Shown in pieces: positions 34,701-44,409 of a stretch of 64,000 nucleotides of DNA. This DNA is from an uncultured Comamonadaceae bacterium (GTDB lineage Bacteria > Bacteroidota > Bacteroidia > Flavobacteriales_D > Sanyastnellaceae). The notes beneath the pieces are model-generated. The model had not been told where the DNA came from. It ran no database searches and saw nothing but the letters and a program-made list of their open reading frames with translations. Each line of letters opens with the position of its first letter. The first letter of the stretch is position 1. The stretch is taken from contig CAZGQI010000001.1 of assembly GCA_964527895.1 (NCBI GenBank), positions 55,275 to 119,274 on the forward strand, read 5' to 3'. The translations under genes were made by a program, and so were the position numbers.

Positions 34701-36764
34701 ATGGCAATGATTGAACAAATCCGCAACAGACAAGGACTGTTGCTCGCAATGATCGGAATTGGAATGTTGGGCTTTTTGGTGCCCTACGACGCAGTGTTGG
34801 CCCTGATGGGCCAAGGCAATGCCCGGGACGTGGGCAGCGTGGCAGGTGAAAGCATCAGCGCCATCGACTACCGCATGGAGGTGGACGAGCGCCGCCGACT
34901 CGGCTTTTCCGGAGACCAATTGCAAGACGAAGTGTGGGCTGACCTCACCGCCAACATCGTGTTGGACGACACGTACGACGCCCTCGGGTTGGAAGTGACC
35001 GACGCCGAATTCCAGGAAATGCTCTTTGGCACCTTGGATTCTCCCTACATGGGTCGTGCATTCTACAGCAACGGAGAAAACAAAGCTTTCTGGCAGCAGA
35101 ACTTCGGTGCGATGTTGACCACGGACCAAGGCAAGATGAACCTGTTGAGCTACAAGCGTCTCATCATCGCCAAGCGCAAGAAGGAGAAGATGGATGCATT
35201 GCTCACCGACGCACTGTACACCAACAGCTTGGAAGGCAAATACGACTACATCAACACGGAGAAGAAGGCCGAGATCAAGTACGTCGCGAAGTTGTACAAG
35301 AACATCAAAGACGACGAAGTCAGCGTGTCTGACAGCGATGTGAAGCGCTACTACAACGCCCACAAGAACGACCCCAAGTACCAGCAAACCGAAGGCCGCG
35401 ACATCTCCTACGTGAAGATTCCCGTGGGTGCCAGCGAGTCCGACATCAAAGCCATGGAGGTGGAGATGGAGGCCACGGCTGAGGATTGGGCCGATGCCGA
35501 CGATGCGGAAGCGTTTGCCCAAGCGGCCAACGGCGGCCGCGAAGACATCCGCAACCTTCGCTTGGCCCAGGTGGAACTCGACCTCAACGAGGCGAAGTTC
35601 TTCAGCGAGCCTGCAGGCACCATCGTGGGTCCGTACACCAAGAACGGTCAACTCCAGGTGGCCCAAGTGTTGGAGCGCACCATGGTTCCCGACGAAGCGG
35701 CCAAGTGCCGTCACATCCTCCTCTCTGCCAAGAACGCGAAGGACGAAGCGGAAATGGCCGAGCTCGGTGCGCGTGCAGACAGCCTGAAGCGCGTGTTGCG
35801 CAACGGAGGTGATTTTGACGATTTGGTCCAGCGGTTCAGCGGTGACCCCGGATCGAAGGCCACGGGTGGTGTGTACGACTTCTTCCCCAAGGGACGCATG
35901 GTGAAGCCTTTTGAAGACTTCTGCTTTGACAAGCCCATTGGTTCTGTGGGATGGGTGGAGACCACCTACGGCGTGCACTTGATCGAAGTGCTCGACCGCC
36001 GTACTGAAGTGGAAGAAGCACGCGTCGCATTCATCTCCAAGCCTGTGGCTGCCTCTGCCGCAACGGCACGTGATGCGTACGCCATGGCCAGCGAGTTCGC
36101 CATCAACGCCACCGACAAGGAGAGCTTGATGGCTGCCGCCAAGGAAGCCGGCTACGCCACTGCAGAGGCCAACAGCATCGCACCTGGTGCCCGTGCCATT
36201 GCCGGCATCCGTGACGCTGGTGAGATTGTGGGCTGGGCGTACCGCAGTGAGCCAGGAGAAGTCTCCAACCCCATTCTCACGTCAGACTTCTACGTCGTGG
36301 CCCACCTCGACGCCAGCAAAAAAGACGGTGTTCCCGCCTTGTCCGACGTCGAAGAGGAGATGCGTGAAGGCGCCATGAACGAAGCGAAAGGCACACTCTA
36401 CGCCTCCAAGATGGACGGTGCGAGCCTGGAAGAGGTGGCCGAAGCTGTGGGCGAGACCGTGAAGACAGGACGCGATTTGAGCGTCAAGTTCCCCACGGTG
36501 CGCGGAAGCGGAGCATCTACCGAGCCCAAGGTGGCCGGTGCTGCGTTGTCCATTCCTGTGGGCAACATGTCCAGCCCCATCGTGGGCACGCACGGCGTGT
36601 GGGTCATTGCACCCCAAAAGGTCACGCCAGCCGGCACCAAGGACAGCTATTTGGAAGAGCAAAGCACGCTTGCCTCAAGGGCACGCACGAACTTCCCCTT
36701 CACGGTGTTGAACACCATGCAGAAGGCCTCAGGCGTCGAAGACAACCGCCGTCAGCTGAACTGA
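34701..36764 (+). CDS. PpiD/SurA-like periplasmic chaperone with parvulin PPIase domain
   Basis: N-terminal TM anchor (LLLAMIGIGMLGFLV) and a parvulin core CRHILLSAKNA...GGDFDDLVQRFSGDPGSKATGGVYDFFPKGRMVKPFEDFCF...YGVHLIEV. 687 aa. Confidence 0.8.
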   Translation: MAMIEQIRNRQGLLLAMIGIGMLGFLVPYDAVLALMGQGNARDVGSVAGESISAIDYRMEVDERRRLGFSGDQLQDEVWADLTANIVLDDTYDALGLEVTDAEFQEMLFGTLDSPYMGRAFYSNGENKAFWQQNFGAMLTTDQGKMNLLSYKRLIIAKRKKEKMDALLTDALYTNSLEGKYDYINTEKKAEIKYVAKLYKNIKDDEVSVSDSDVKRYYNAHKNDPKYQQTEGRDISYVKIPVGASESDIKAMEVEMEATAEDWADADDAEAFAQAANGGREDIRNLRLAQVELDLNEAKFFSEPAGTIVGPYTKNGQLQVAQVLERTMVPDEAAKCRHILLSAKNAKDEAEMAELGARADSLKRVLRNGGDFDDLVQRFSGDPGSKATGGVYDFFPKGRMVKPFEDFCFDKPIGSVGWVETTYGVHLIEVLDRRTEVEEARVAFISKPVAASAATARDAYAMASEFAINATDKESLMAAAKEAGYATAEANSIAPGARAIAGIRDAGEIVGWAYRSEPGEVSNPILTSDFYVVAHLDASKKDGVPALSDVEEEMREGAMNEAKGTLYASKMDGASLEEVAEAVGETVKTGRDLSVKFPTVRGSGASTEPKVAGAALSIPVGNMSSPIVGTHGVWVIAPQKVTPAGTKDSYLEEQSTLASRARTNFPFTVLNTMQKASGVEDNRRQLN

Positions 36765-36844
36765 TTTGTTGGCACACCAACGAGCACAAACCCTGCCCCT
36801 GCGGCGGGGCTTGTTGCGTTTGGGGGGGTCTGAATCGGCAGGAA

Positions 36845-38065
36845 TCAGCGCGGATCGCGAAGCCACAACAGGCTTCCATCCCCGTAGCTCAAGAACCGAT
36901 ATCCTTGATCCAAACAGGCGCGATAGAGGGGCTTCCACGCGTCCATGCCCACAAACGCGCTGACCAAACAGAGCAAGGTGCTGCCCGGCTGGTGGAAATT
37001 GGTCACGAGGCCGCACACCATGCGCACGCGGTATCCGGGCACAATCATCAATTGCGTTTCAAACGAAAGTTGATCGCGTTCGTCCCAAGGCCCATGCGCC
37101 AAAATGGCTTCCAAGGCGTTCACATCCGTCCATTCGGCTGCGTGTGAGGTGAGTGAGTCGTAGGGGCAACGTTGGGGCAACACGTCGAGCCAAACCCCGT
37201 TCACGTGCCAATGCAATGCCCACCAATACATGCTCTCCATGGTGCGCAACGTGGTCGTCCCTGTGGCCACGCGGCGGCGTTGTTTGGCCATGGTTTGGAC
37301 CGCTTCTCGCGTCAGCACACATTGCTCAGCATGCATGTCGTGGGCCATCACCGCACCCTCTGACAAAGGCTTGAACGTGCCCGCACCGACGTGAAGGGTC
37401 AACCGGTTCAACGGCAGCCCCGCCGAGGCGAGTTCGCCCAGAAGGACCGCGTCGTAATGCAGTCCTGCAGTCGGCGCCGCCACACTGCCGGGAGCCAAGG
37501 CGAACACCGTTTGGTAATCCTCGCGGTCTTGGTCTTCCGCTGCCCTTTTCATGTAGGGAGGCAGCGGGGTCTTGCCCAAATCGTCCAGAACCTCCGCAAA
37601 CGTACTCACGCCCTGCGCGCCATGCCACGACAGCCGAACCACGCGGTTGCCGTCAGGGGCATCTTCTTCTTGGGCGATCTGCAATTCGTGGCGCTGGCCC
37701 GAAGCCGTGGCCGTGCCATCCGACCACCGTTTGGCGTTGCGTACCATGGCCTTCCAGGCCACGGACTGGGTGGACGACAACACCTCCTCCACTGCCCCCT
37801 CTGAAGGCGACAGCAAGAAGATTTCCAACTGTCCGCCGGTGGGTTTGGTCGCCAAAATCCGTGCATGCAACACCCGCGTGTCGTTGGCCCACAAGCCATC
37901 GACACCGCCGTCCGCCAAGTGACGCGGCAAATCTTCAAACGTGCCGTGGCTCACATTCCCTTCTTCATCCATCACCGCCATGCGCGCCATGCGTCTGGGT
38001 TCGAGGGGATGTTTGGCGATGGCCTCCTCTGGCAAGTCGTATTGAAATTCACTCGAGTTCACCAC
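36845..38065 (-). CDS. queA: S-adenosylmethionine:tRNA ribosyltransferase-isomerase
   Basis: EFQYDLPEEAIAKHPLEPR...GKTPLPPYMKR...YQTVFA...GSVAAPTAGLH...GTTTLRTMES...LVTNFHQPGSTLL is canonical QueA. The first two codons are both GTG (38065 and 38062). A TACCTTTG box at 38074-38067 favours 38062. Confidence 0.9.
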   Translation of the reverse strand: MVNSSEFQYDLPEEAIAKHPLEPRRMARMAVMDEEGNVSHGTFEDLPRHLADGGVDGLWANDTRVLHARILATKPTGGQLEIFLLSPSEGAVEEVLSSTQSVAWKAMVRNAKRWSDGTATASGQRHELQIAQEEDAPDGNRVVRLSWHGAQGVSTFAEVLDDLGKTPLPPYMKRAAEDQDREDYQTVFALAPGSVAAPTAGLHYDAVLLGELASAGLPLNRLTLHVGAGTFKPLSEGAVMAHDMHAEQCVLTREAVQTMAKQRRRVATGTTTLRTMESMYWWALHWHVNGVWLDVLPQRCPYDSLTSHAAEWTDVNALEAILAHGPWDERDQLSFETQLMIVPGYRVRMVCGLVTNFHQPGSTLLCLVSAFVGMDAWKPLYRACLDQGYRFLSYGDGSLLWLRDPR

Positions 38066-38066
38066 C

Positions 38067-38074
38067 CAAAGGTA
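38067..38074 (-). promoter_or_regulatory. Putative -7 box TACCTTTG for queA
   Basis: Exact TAnnTTTG on the minus strand, 4 nt upstream of GTG 38062. Confidence 0.4.
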
Positions 38075-38083
38075 CCCTCACCC

Positions 38084-38091
38084 TACCTTCG
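38084..38091 (+). promoter_or_regulatory. Putative -7 box TACCTTCG for tdh
   Basis: TAnnTT[C]G variant 7 nt upstream of ATG 38099, divergent from the queA box 10 nt away. Confidence 0.4.
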
Positions 38092-38098
38092 TAAGACC

Positions 38099-39070
38099 AT
38101 GGGCAAGCATCTCATTGTCGGCGCCTCAGGGCAACTGGGCATTGAGCTCATGCTCGGCCTGCAACAACGCTACGGAGCCGACGCCGTGCTTCTCTTGGAC
38201 GTGCGGCCCTCGCCCCATCCCGAGGCCGCCAAAAGCATGTTCATCGCGGCCGACGCCACGGACATGGACGCCCAACGCGCCGTTCTGGAAAACCACGACG
38301 TGGAGGTCATGTACAACCTCGTGGCCATGCTCTCGGCAAAGGGCGAGGCCAACCCCATGGCCGCATGGGGCTTGAACATGGATCCTTTGCTTCACACCCT
38401 GGAACTCGCACGGGAAGGGCGGGTGAAGCGCGTGTTTTGGCCGAGCTCCATTGCGGTGTTTGGGTCCGACGCCCCCAAAGACGGCACGCCTCAAGACGCA
38501 GCGCTTGTGCCCACCACGGTCTACGGAGTCTCCAAAACGGCCGGAGAATTGTGGTGCAAATACTACCACGACAAATTTGGGGTGGACGTCCGAAGCATCC
38601 GGTACCCTGGCTTGATTGGGTTCCGATCCATGCCCGGCGGGGGAACGACGGATTATGCGGTGGACGCCTTCCACTGCGCACAAGCCGGAAAGCCCTTGAC
38701 GTGCTACCTCGATGAAAACGAGCGGTTGCCCATGATGTCCATGGACGACGCCGTGCGCGGCACCTTGGAATTGATGGAAGCTCCCTCGGAATGCATCCGC
38801 ATTCGCACCTCATACAACCTCAGTGGATGCGATTTCACCCCGGGCGAATTGACCCGCGCCTTGCGGCAACGCGTGCCGGGGTTTGACACGGTGTACGCCC
38901 CCGATCACCGGCAAGACATCGCCGCATCTTGGCCCAACAGCTTGGACGACAGCGACGCCAGACGCGACTGGGGATGGTTCCCTCGTCACGACGTTCACGG
39001 CTTGGTGGCACACGTCCTCGAAGGCTTGGCGCAACAATCCAACGTTGACAAGCCGGTGGAGAACGTGTGA
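38099..39070 (+). CDS. tdh: SDR-type (UDP-glucose-4-epimerase-like) L-threonine 3-dehydrogenase
   Basis: IVGASGQLG...LSAKGEANP...WPSSIAVFG...YGVSKTAGE...RSIRYPGLI...PGGGTTDYAVDAF...RQDIAASWPNSLDDSDARRDWGW follows the short-chain TDH family closely. Start at MGKHLIV; the track start 37865 is inside queA antisense. Confidence 0.8.
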   Translation: MGKHLIVGASGQLGIELMLGLQQRYGADAVLLLDVRPSPHPEAAKSMFIAADATDMDAQRAVLENHDVEVMYNLVAMLSAKGEANPMAAWGLNMDPLLHTLELAREGRVKRVFWPSSIAVFGSDAPKDGTPQDAALVPTTVYGVSKTAGELWCKYYHDKFGVDVRSIRYPGLIGFRSMPGGGTTDYAVDAFHCAQAGKPLTCYLDENERLPMMSMDDAVRGTLELMEAPSECIRIRTSYNLSGCDFTPGELTRALRQRVPGFDTVYAPDHRQDIAASWPNSLDDSDARRDWGWFPRHDVHGLVAHVLEGLAQQSNVDKPVENV

Positions 39071-39090
39071 CGCTCCTTGCGTTTGGGCTT

Positions 39091-39098
39091 TATTTTCG
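39091..39098 (+). promoter_or_regulatory. Putative -7 box TATTTTCG upstream of cysS
   Basis: TAnnTT[C]G variant 26 nt upstream of ATG 39125. Confidence 0.3.
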
Positions 39099-39124
39099 TC
39101 TTCTGAACTTGAACTGAGAGCCCC

Positions 39125-40606
39125 ATGGACGCCTTGCACATCAGCAACAGCCTGACCCGGCAGAAAGAAAAATTTGAGCCACTCAATCCCCCTTTCGTGG
39201 GCATGTATGTGTGCGGGCCGACGGTGTACAGCAACGTTCATCTCGGGAACGTTCGGACCTTCCTGACGTTTGACATCGTGTACCGGTATCTGCAGCACCT
39301 CGGTTTCAAGGTTCGCTACGTGCGCAACATCACCGACGTCGGCCACTTGACAGGCGACACAGACGACGGGGAAGACAAGATTGGCAAAAAGGCCCGCCTC
39401 GAAAACCTCGAGCCGATGGAGGTCGTGCAACAGTACACCAACGACTTCCACGACGTGATGGATGTGTTCAACATCCTTCGTCCCTCCATCGAGCCCACGG
39501 CCACGGGCCACATCGTGGAACAAATCGAGGCCATCCAAAAAATCATCGCCAACGGCTACGCCTACGAAGTCAACGGCAGCGTGTACTTCAGCGTGCGCAC
39601 CTTCAGCGACGACCACCCATACGGCGAGCTGTCTGGGCGCAAAATTGACGAGCTCATGAACAACACGCGTGAGCTAGACGGCCAAAGCGAAAAGCGCGAT
39701 CCCTTGGATTTTGCCCTTTGGAAAGCCGCCGATGCAAGTCACCTCATGCAATGGCCTTCTCCTTGGGGACAAGGGTTCCCTGGATGGCACTTGGAGTGTT
39801 CTGTGATGAGCACCAAATACCTCGGAGAGAAGTTTGACATTCACGGGGGAGGCATGGACCTCAAGTTCCCTCACCACGAGTGTGAAATCGCCCAAAACGT
39901 CGGCGCCACAGGCTGTGAATGCCCCGTGAACTACTGGATGCACGGCAACATGCTGACGGTGAATGGCCGGAAGATGGCCAAGTCCGAAGGCAATGGCTTC
40001 ACCCCCGACGAACTCATCACCGGAAACCACAAACTGCTCGACAAGGGCTACTCGCCGATGACGGTGCGGTTCTTCATGCTGATGGGCCATTACGCAAGCA
40101 CCTTGGACTTCAGCAACGAAGCCTTGCAAGCGGCCGAAAAGGGCCTTTCCAAGCTGGAAAAGGCCATGGATACCCTGACCGAACTGAACCCTTCGGACGG
40201 AGAAGCTTCGTTTGACGCCACCGCGTTTGGGGCGAAGTGTGCGGCGGCGATGAACGACGACTTCAATACGCCCATCCTGATTGCCACCTTGTTTGAAGGC
40301 GTGAAAGCCATCAACGGGGCGGCGGCCGGACTCGTGGCGATGACCGCCGAGGACATCGCCTCGCTGCGAGACAGCTTCCACGCCTTCCTGCGCGAGGTGC
40401 TCGGCATCCAAGCAGAGAAAAGCGACGGAGAAGGCGGCGGAAACGAAGGAGAAACCGGCGCCCTCCTCGATTTGATTGTGGACATGCGCACCCAAGCCAA
40501 GGCCAACAAAGACTGGGGCACGGCGGACAAAATCCGCGACGTGCTCGCCGCCCATGGCATCACCATTCAAGACAGCAAGGATGGCAGTTCTTGGACGCGT
40601 GGGTAA
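39125..40606 (+). CDS. cysS: Cysteine--tRNA ligase
   Basis: [18 protein letters not shown] (HIGH region), [22 protein letters not shown], and KMAKSEGN (KMSKS). Confidence 0.95.
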   Translation: MDALHISNSLTRQKEKFEPLNPPFVGMYVCGPTVYSNVHLGNVRTFLTFDIVYRYLQHLGFKVRYVRNITDVGHLTGDTDDGEDKIGKKARLENLEPMEVVQQYTNDFHDVMDVFNILRPSIEPTATGHIVEQIEAIQKIIANGYAYEVNGSVYFSVRTFSDDHPYGELSGRKIDELMNNTRELDGQSEKRDPLDFALWKAADASHLMQWPSPWGQGFPGWHLECSVMSTKYLGEKFDIHGGGMDLKFPHHECEIAQNVGATGCECPVNYWMHGNMLTVNGRKMAKSEGNGFTPDELITGNHKLLDKGYSPMTVRFFMLMGHYASTLDFSNEALQAAEKGLSKLEKAMDTLTELNPSDGEASFDATAFGAKCAAAMNDDFNTPILIATLFEGVKAINGAAAGLVAMTAEDIASLRDSFHAFLREVLGIQAEKSDGEGGGNEGETGALLDLIVDMRTQAKANKDWGTADKIRDVLAAHGITIQDSKDGSSWTRG

Positions 40607-41588
40607 GTGGTATTTCTGGGCTCTGGCCGTCCTCTTCCTCTCGTGCGATGCTGGGGGAGACAAGAAGCCAAACGCCGAAGAGCCCAACCCTGCAAAGACT
40701 GAAGTTGTTGCGCCTGCCTTTGACGCCGACTCGGCCTACGCCTATGTGGCACAGCAGGTGGCATTTGGACCTCGCGTTCCCAACACGCCGGAACACGCCG
40801 CCTGTGCGTCGTGGCTGGCCAGCGAATTGGAACGACACGGCGCTGAGGTGACTGTGCAAGAGGGGCGCGCCCGTGCTTTTGACGGCACCATCCTCAATAT
40901 GAAGAACATTGTCGGGACGTTTCATCCCGAATCACGGGACCGCATCTTGTTGTTCGCCCATTGGGACACACGGCCCTTTGCCGACAAGGACACGGTGCGA
41001 CTGCGCGAACCGATTGACGGCGCCAACGACGGCGCTTCCGGGGTGGGTGTGCTGCTGGAAATCGCGCGGCAACTCGGGCTTGAAGCCGCCGATGTCGGCG
41101 TGGACATCGTGTTCTTCGACGCGGAAGACCACGGCAGGCCCGAATGGCTTCCCGCCATGGAAGACGGGTACAAAACGTGGTGTCTCGGAAGCCAATTTTG
41201 GGCGGCGAACCCGCACCGCATCGGCTACCGGGCGCGCTTCGGCATCTTGCTCGACATGGTGGGTGCTGGCGACGCCGTGTTTCATCAGGAAGGAACGAGT
41301 CTTCGCTACGCCCCGCACGTCGTGCGGAAAATCTGGAAGCGCGCGGCGGATTTGGGATTCGGCGATCGCTTCAATCCCTCCCCCACACCTCCAACGGTGG
41401 ACGACAACCTCTTCGTTTCCGAATTGGCGGGCATTCCCAGTGCCAACATCGTGGACTACCGCACCCAGGTCCGGCCCATGGGCTACGGCCCCTTCCACCA
41501 CACCCATGCCGACAACATGGATGTGATTGACCGCGAGACGCTCGCGCAAGTCGGCGCCACCGTGTTGTCGGTGGTTCGTCAACCCTGA
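40581..41588 (+). CDS. M28-family peptidase / glutaminyl-cyclase-like lipoprotein
   Basis: Lipobox ALAVLFLSC. AHWDTRPFADKD...GANDGASGVGVLLEIARQL...VFFDAEDHG...LLDMVGA are M28 metal-binding motifs. Start overlaps the cysS 3' end by 26 nt. Confidence 0.8.
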   Translation: MAVLGRVGKWYFWALAVLFLSCDAGGDKKPNAEEPNPAKTEVVAPAFDADSAYAYVAQQVAFGPRVPNTPEHAACASWLASELERHGAEVTVQEGRARAFDGTILNMKNIVGTFHPESRDRILLFAHWDTRPFADKDTVRLREPIDGANDGASGVGVLLEIARQLGLEAADVGVDIVFFDAEDHGRPEWLPAMEDGYKTWCLGSQFWAANPHRIGYRARFGILLDMVGAGDAVFHQEGTSLRYAPHVVRKIWKRAADLGFGDRFNPSPTPPTVDDNLFVSELAGIPSANIVDYRTQVRPMGYGPFHHTHADNMDVIDRETLAQVGATVLSVVRQP

Positions 41589-41664
41589 ATCATCCACTGA
41601 CGGATGTCAGAAACCGCAGGGCGGGCATGTTCTCGGCCCCAAGGCGGCAAGTACCTTGGATGCG

Positions 41665-43374
41665 ATGTTTCTGAGACCCCTTTGCGTGCTGCTTTGGACC
41701 TTCCTCGCGATGGCCAGTCCTGCGTTGAACGCAGAGGCATTGGCGCCCACCTCGGAGACCCCTTTGGACCAGGGAGATCGCCTGCGTCAAGAGGGCAAAT
41801 GGGTGCAAGCCCTGTCCGCCTATCGAAGCGCGGCCTCGCTCCCACTCACAGGCTGTGAGCAAGCCCGGATCCAATTGGGCATGGCTGCCGTGCAATGGCA
41901 TGCCGGCAACCTTGCAGAGTGCCAACCCCACCTGAGTGAAGCCTCCTTTTCATGCAACACGTGTCCGCCCCAGTTCAGGACCGACATGGCGCTCGAATTG
42001 GCCGAACTTTTGGTTCGGTGTGGCATGACGGGGGACGCCCTGCGCGTGTTGCTGCGCGAACGCGACCTGCACCCTGTGCCGTCCAAAACCCAGGACGTGG
42101 ACGTGGCATTGCTCGAACTGCACTTCGCCGAAGGACATTGGAACGACGTCTGGCAAGGTGCGCGCAACGTCGAAAGCAACCGTGCCGAAGGCCTGCGTTT
42201 GCAAGCCGGTGTCATGCTTGGCACCCCCTTGTCGCAACTTCCCGTCAGGGCCTACCTCAAGCAGGCAACGCCGGTGAACCGGCGCGAAGTCGTTTCTGAA
42301 TTGACCCACCTTCACACCATGTTGGCGGGCATGGGACGCACCCAAGAGGCATGGCAACTGGCCCAACTCATGGGCACGGTGTACAATCCCGCAGACGACC
42401 CTGAGGCCTGGACCGTGGCGCAATTGCGGATGGCCACCTCCGCGGAACGCGCGATGCTGCCCCTCGATGCGCTTCTTGCCTTTCACGAAGCCGCCCGCGT
42501 GGCTGAACAACTCGAAGACCTCCCCCTCCGGGCACGCATTGCCCGCGAGCAGGCGAGGTTTGAGCAGGCGCGGGGTGCTTCGGACGAGGCGCTTCGTCAC
42601 CTGACGTTGGCAGACAGCCTGACGCTGGCCATGCTTCATGGGGTCCACCAAGAACGCGAGCCACGTGCTTTCCAATCGCATCCAGTGCTGCATTCAGACC
42701 CCTTTGAACTTGCCGCGGACGAGATGATGCACGCCACCACCTCGCCAGGCGCCTGGCCCTTTGCATGTGCCTTGATTCTTTTGGGACTTTTGGCCGCGAC
42801 TTTGCGCGCCAATGAGCTCAAAAAGGCCCTGCGCAAGGAACGCGTCCGGGCGTTTCGCATGCAGCGCATGATCCACACCGAGGCCGATCCCTTTGCCGAG
42901 GTGGCCATGCCCCTCTCTGAAGTGGGCGTCAACGAGCAAGGGCAAGTCGAAGAGGTCCTCACACGACCCGACAGGCTGGACTTTGACGACATCATCGCCT
43001 CCCTCGAGATGGACCACGGCACCGCCGTGGAATGGGAATTCCAAGGCACCCAAGAAGGCCAAGACGCCCCCGAAGGCCTGCTTTCTTTGCTCTCTGTGAC
43101 AATGAAACGCCTGCTTGAAGGCGACGCTTCGGCCTCGCCTTTTGCGGGACGCATCCGCAACGATTGGCACGGCATCCACGTGGAAATTGAAGGGCCGGAG
43201 ACGGCGAGCACGCGCGAACTGCAACGGATGTTTGCAGGCGGAACCCACAGCTCACGTTGGAATCCTGTGCTCGTCCAAATTGAAAAACTCGCCGGCCGGT
43301 TCACGGTCGAAAAACGAGGAACAGGGGAACTCGCCCTGACCTTCATGTTGCCCCATCGCGGGGAGGCGAGCTGA
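41665..43374 (+). CDS. Signal peptide - TPR-like helical region - single TM - degenerate histidine-kinase-like C-terminal domain; hypothetical
   Basis: MFLRPLCVLLWTFLAMASPALNAEA (signal), about 380 aa of helical repeats, a TM helix GAWPFACALILLGLLAATL, and a basic juxtamembrane helix. The last ~150 aa end in GRFTVEKRGTGELALTFMLPH, which resembles the final strands of HATPase_c. I cannot find an H-box, an N-box Asn or DxGxG. Confidence 0.55.
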   Translation: MFLRPLCVLLWTFLAMASPALNAEALAPTSETPLDQGDRLRQEGKWVQALSAYRSAASLPLTGCEQARIQLGMAAVQWHAGNLAECQPHLSEASFSCNTCPPQFRTDMALELAELLVRCGMTGDALRVLLRERDLHPVPSKTQDVDVALLELHFAEGHWNDVWQGARNVESNRAEGLRLQAGVMLGTPLSQLPVRAYLKQATPVNRREVVSELTHLHTMLAGMGRTQEAWQLAQLMGTVYNPADDPEAWTVAQLRMATSAERAMLPLDALLAFHEAARVAEQLEDLPLRARIAREQARFEQARGASDEALRHLTLADSLTLAMLHGVHQEREPRAFQSHPVLHSDPFELAADEMMHATTSPGAWPFACALILLGLLAATLRANELKKALRKERVRAFRMQRMIHTEADPFAEVAMPLSEVGVNEQGQVEEVLTRPDRLDFDDIIASLEMDHGTAVEWEFQGTQEGQDAPEGLLSLLSVTMKRLLEGDASASPFAGRIRNDWHGIHVEIEGPETASTRELQRMFAGGTHSSRWNPVLVQIEKLAGRFTVEKRGTGELALTFMLPHRGEAS

Positions 43375-43379
43375 GTGCG

Positions 43380-44396
43380 TTATCGCTCGCCCGCGAATTG
43401 ATCCAAGAAGCGTCGGTCGTTCTCAAAGAAGTGACGCAGGTCTCCGATTTGGTACCGCAACATGGTGATGCGTTCGATGCCCATGCCAAACGCAAAGCCA
43501 CTGTACACTTCCGGGTCGATGCCACTGGCCTTCAACACATTGGGATCCACCATGCCACAACCCAAAATCTCGAGCCATCCGGTGCCCTTCGTGATGCGCT
43601 TGTCCACCTCGGTTTTCAAGCCCCAATACACATCCACTTCTGCACTGGGCTCCGTGAAGGGGAAGTAAGAGGGACGAAGTCGAATGTCCGTGTCGGGGCC
43701 AAAGAAGCACCGCGCAAAGTGGAGCAGGGTTTGCTTCAAATCGGCAAACGACACCCCCTTGTCGATGTACAGACCTTCGATTTGGTGGAACATGCAGTGG
43801 GCGCGGGCAGAAATCGCCTCGTTGCGGAACACGCGGCCGGGCATGATCAAGCGCATGGGCGGCTCCCGGCGTTCCATCTCTCGGACTTGCACCGAACTCG
43901 TGTGGGTGCGCAGCAAGATGTCGGGATCGCGCTCCACAAAGAACGTGTCCTGCATGTCGCGGGCCGGGTGCTCTGGGGGGAAGTTCAGTCCGCTGAACAC
44001 ATGCCAGTCGTCTTCAATTTCGGGGCCCTCTGCCACGGCAAAGCCCATGTTCTGAAAGATGTCGACGATTTCCCGACGCACGACCTGCAGGGGGTGATGC
44101 GTACCCAGGGGCACACCGCCCGAGGGACGTGTGGCATCCATGCCCGAGGCCTTGGGGCGAACCACCGTGGCTTGTTGGGCTTCCGACACGCGTTGCTCAA
44201 TGGCCTGCTTCAGGGTGTTGAGCATGGGGCCGATTTCGCGCTTTTGGTCTCCAGGGACCTCCTTGAACGCCGCCATCAAGTCCTTCACCTTCCCCTTTCG
44301 GCCCAAATAGGCGACGCGGAAATTCTCCACGGCCTCGGGGCTGGCCAACTCCACGCCGGCCACCTCGGCCAGCATCTGTTCAATGCGTTCTTTCAT
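43380..44396 (-). CDS. pheS: Phenylalanine--tRNA ligase alpha subunit
   Basis: 338 aa. HPLQVVRREIVDIFQNMGF...FPPEHPARDMQDTFF...FRNEAISARAHCMFHQIEG...FPFTEPSAEVDV is canonical PheS. Confidence 0.95.
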   Translation of the reverse strand: MKERIEQMLAEVAGVELASPEAVENFRVAYLGRKGKVKDLMAAFKEVPGDQKREIGPMLNTLKQAIEQRVSEAQQATVVRPKASGMDATRPSGGVPLGTHHPLQVVRREIVDIFQNMGFAVAEGPEIEDDWHVFSGLNFPPEHPARDMQDTFFVERDPDILLRTHTSSVQVREMERREPPMRLIMPGRVFRNEAISARAHCMFHQIEGLYIDKGVSFADLKQTLLHFARCFFGPDTDIRLRPSYFPFTEPSAEVDVYWGLKTEVDKRITKGTGWLEILGCGMVDPNVLKASGIDPEVYSGFAFGMGIERITMLRYQIGDLRHFFENDRRFLDQFAGER

Positions 44397-44409
44397 GGCT
44401 TGACGTGGC

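Noticed and set aside
36795-36810. GCCCC-TGCGGC-GGGGC hairpin between the convergent ppiD-like gene and queA
   Set aside because: Only a 5-bp stem with no flanking U/A tracts. Too weak to call a bidirectional terminator.
36845-38065. QueA is ~50 aa longer than the ~350 aa I expect
   Set aside because: The extra residues fall in the variable region after GTTTLRTMES, where Bacteroidota QueA proteins already differ, and all catalytic motifs are intact. I cannot show it is unusual without an alignment.
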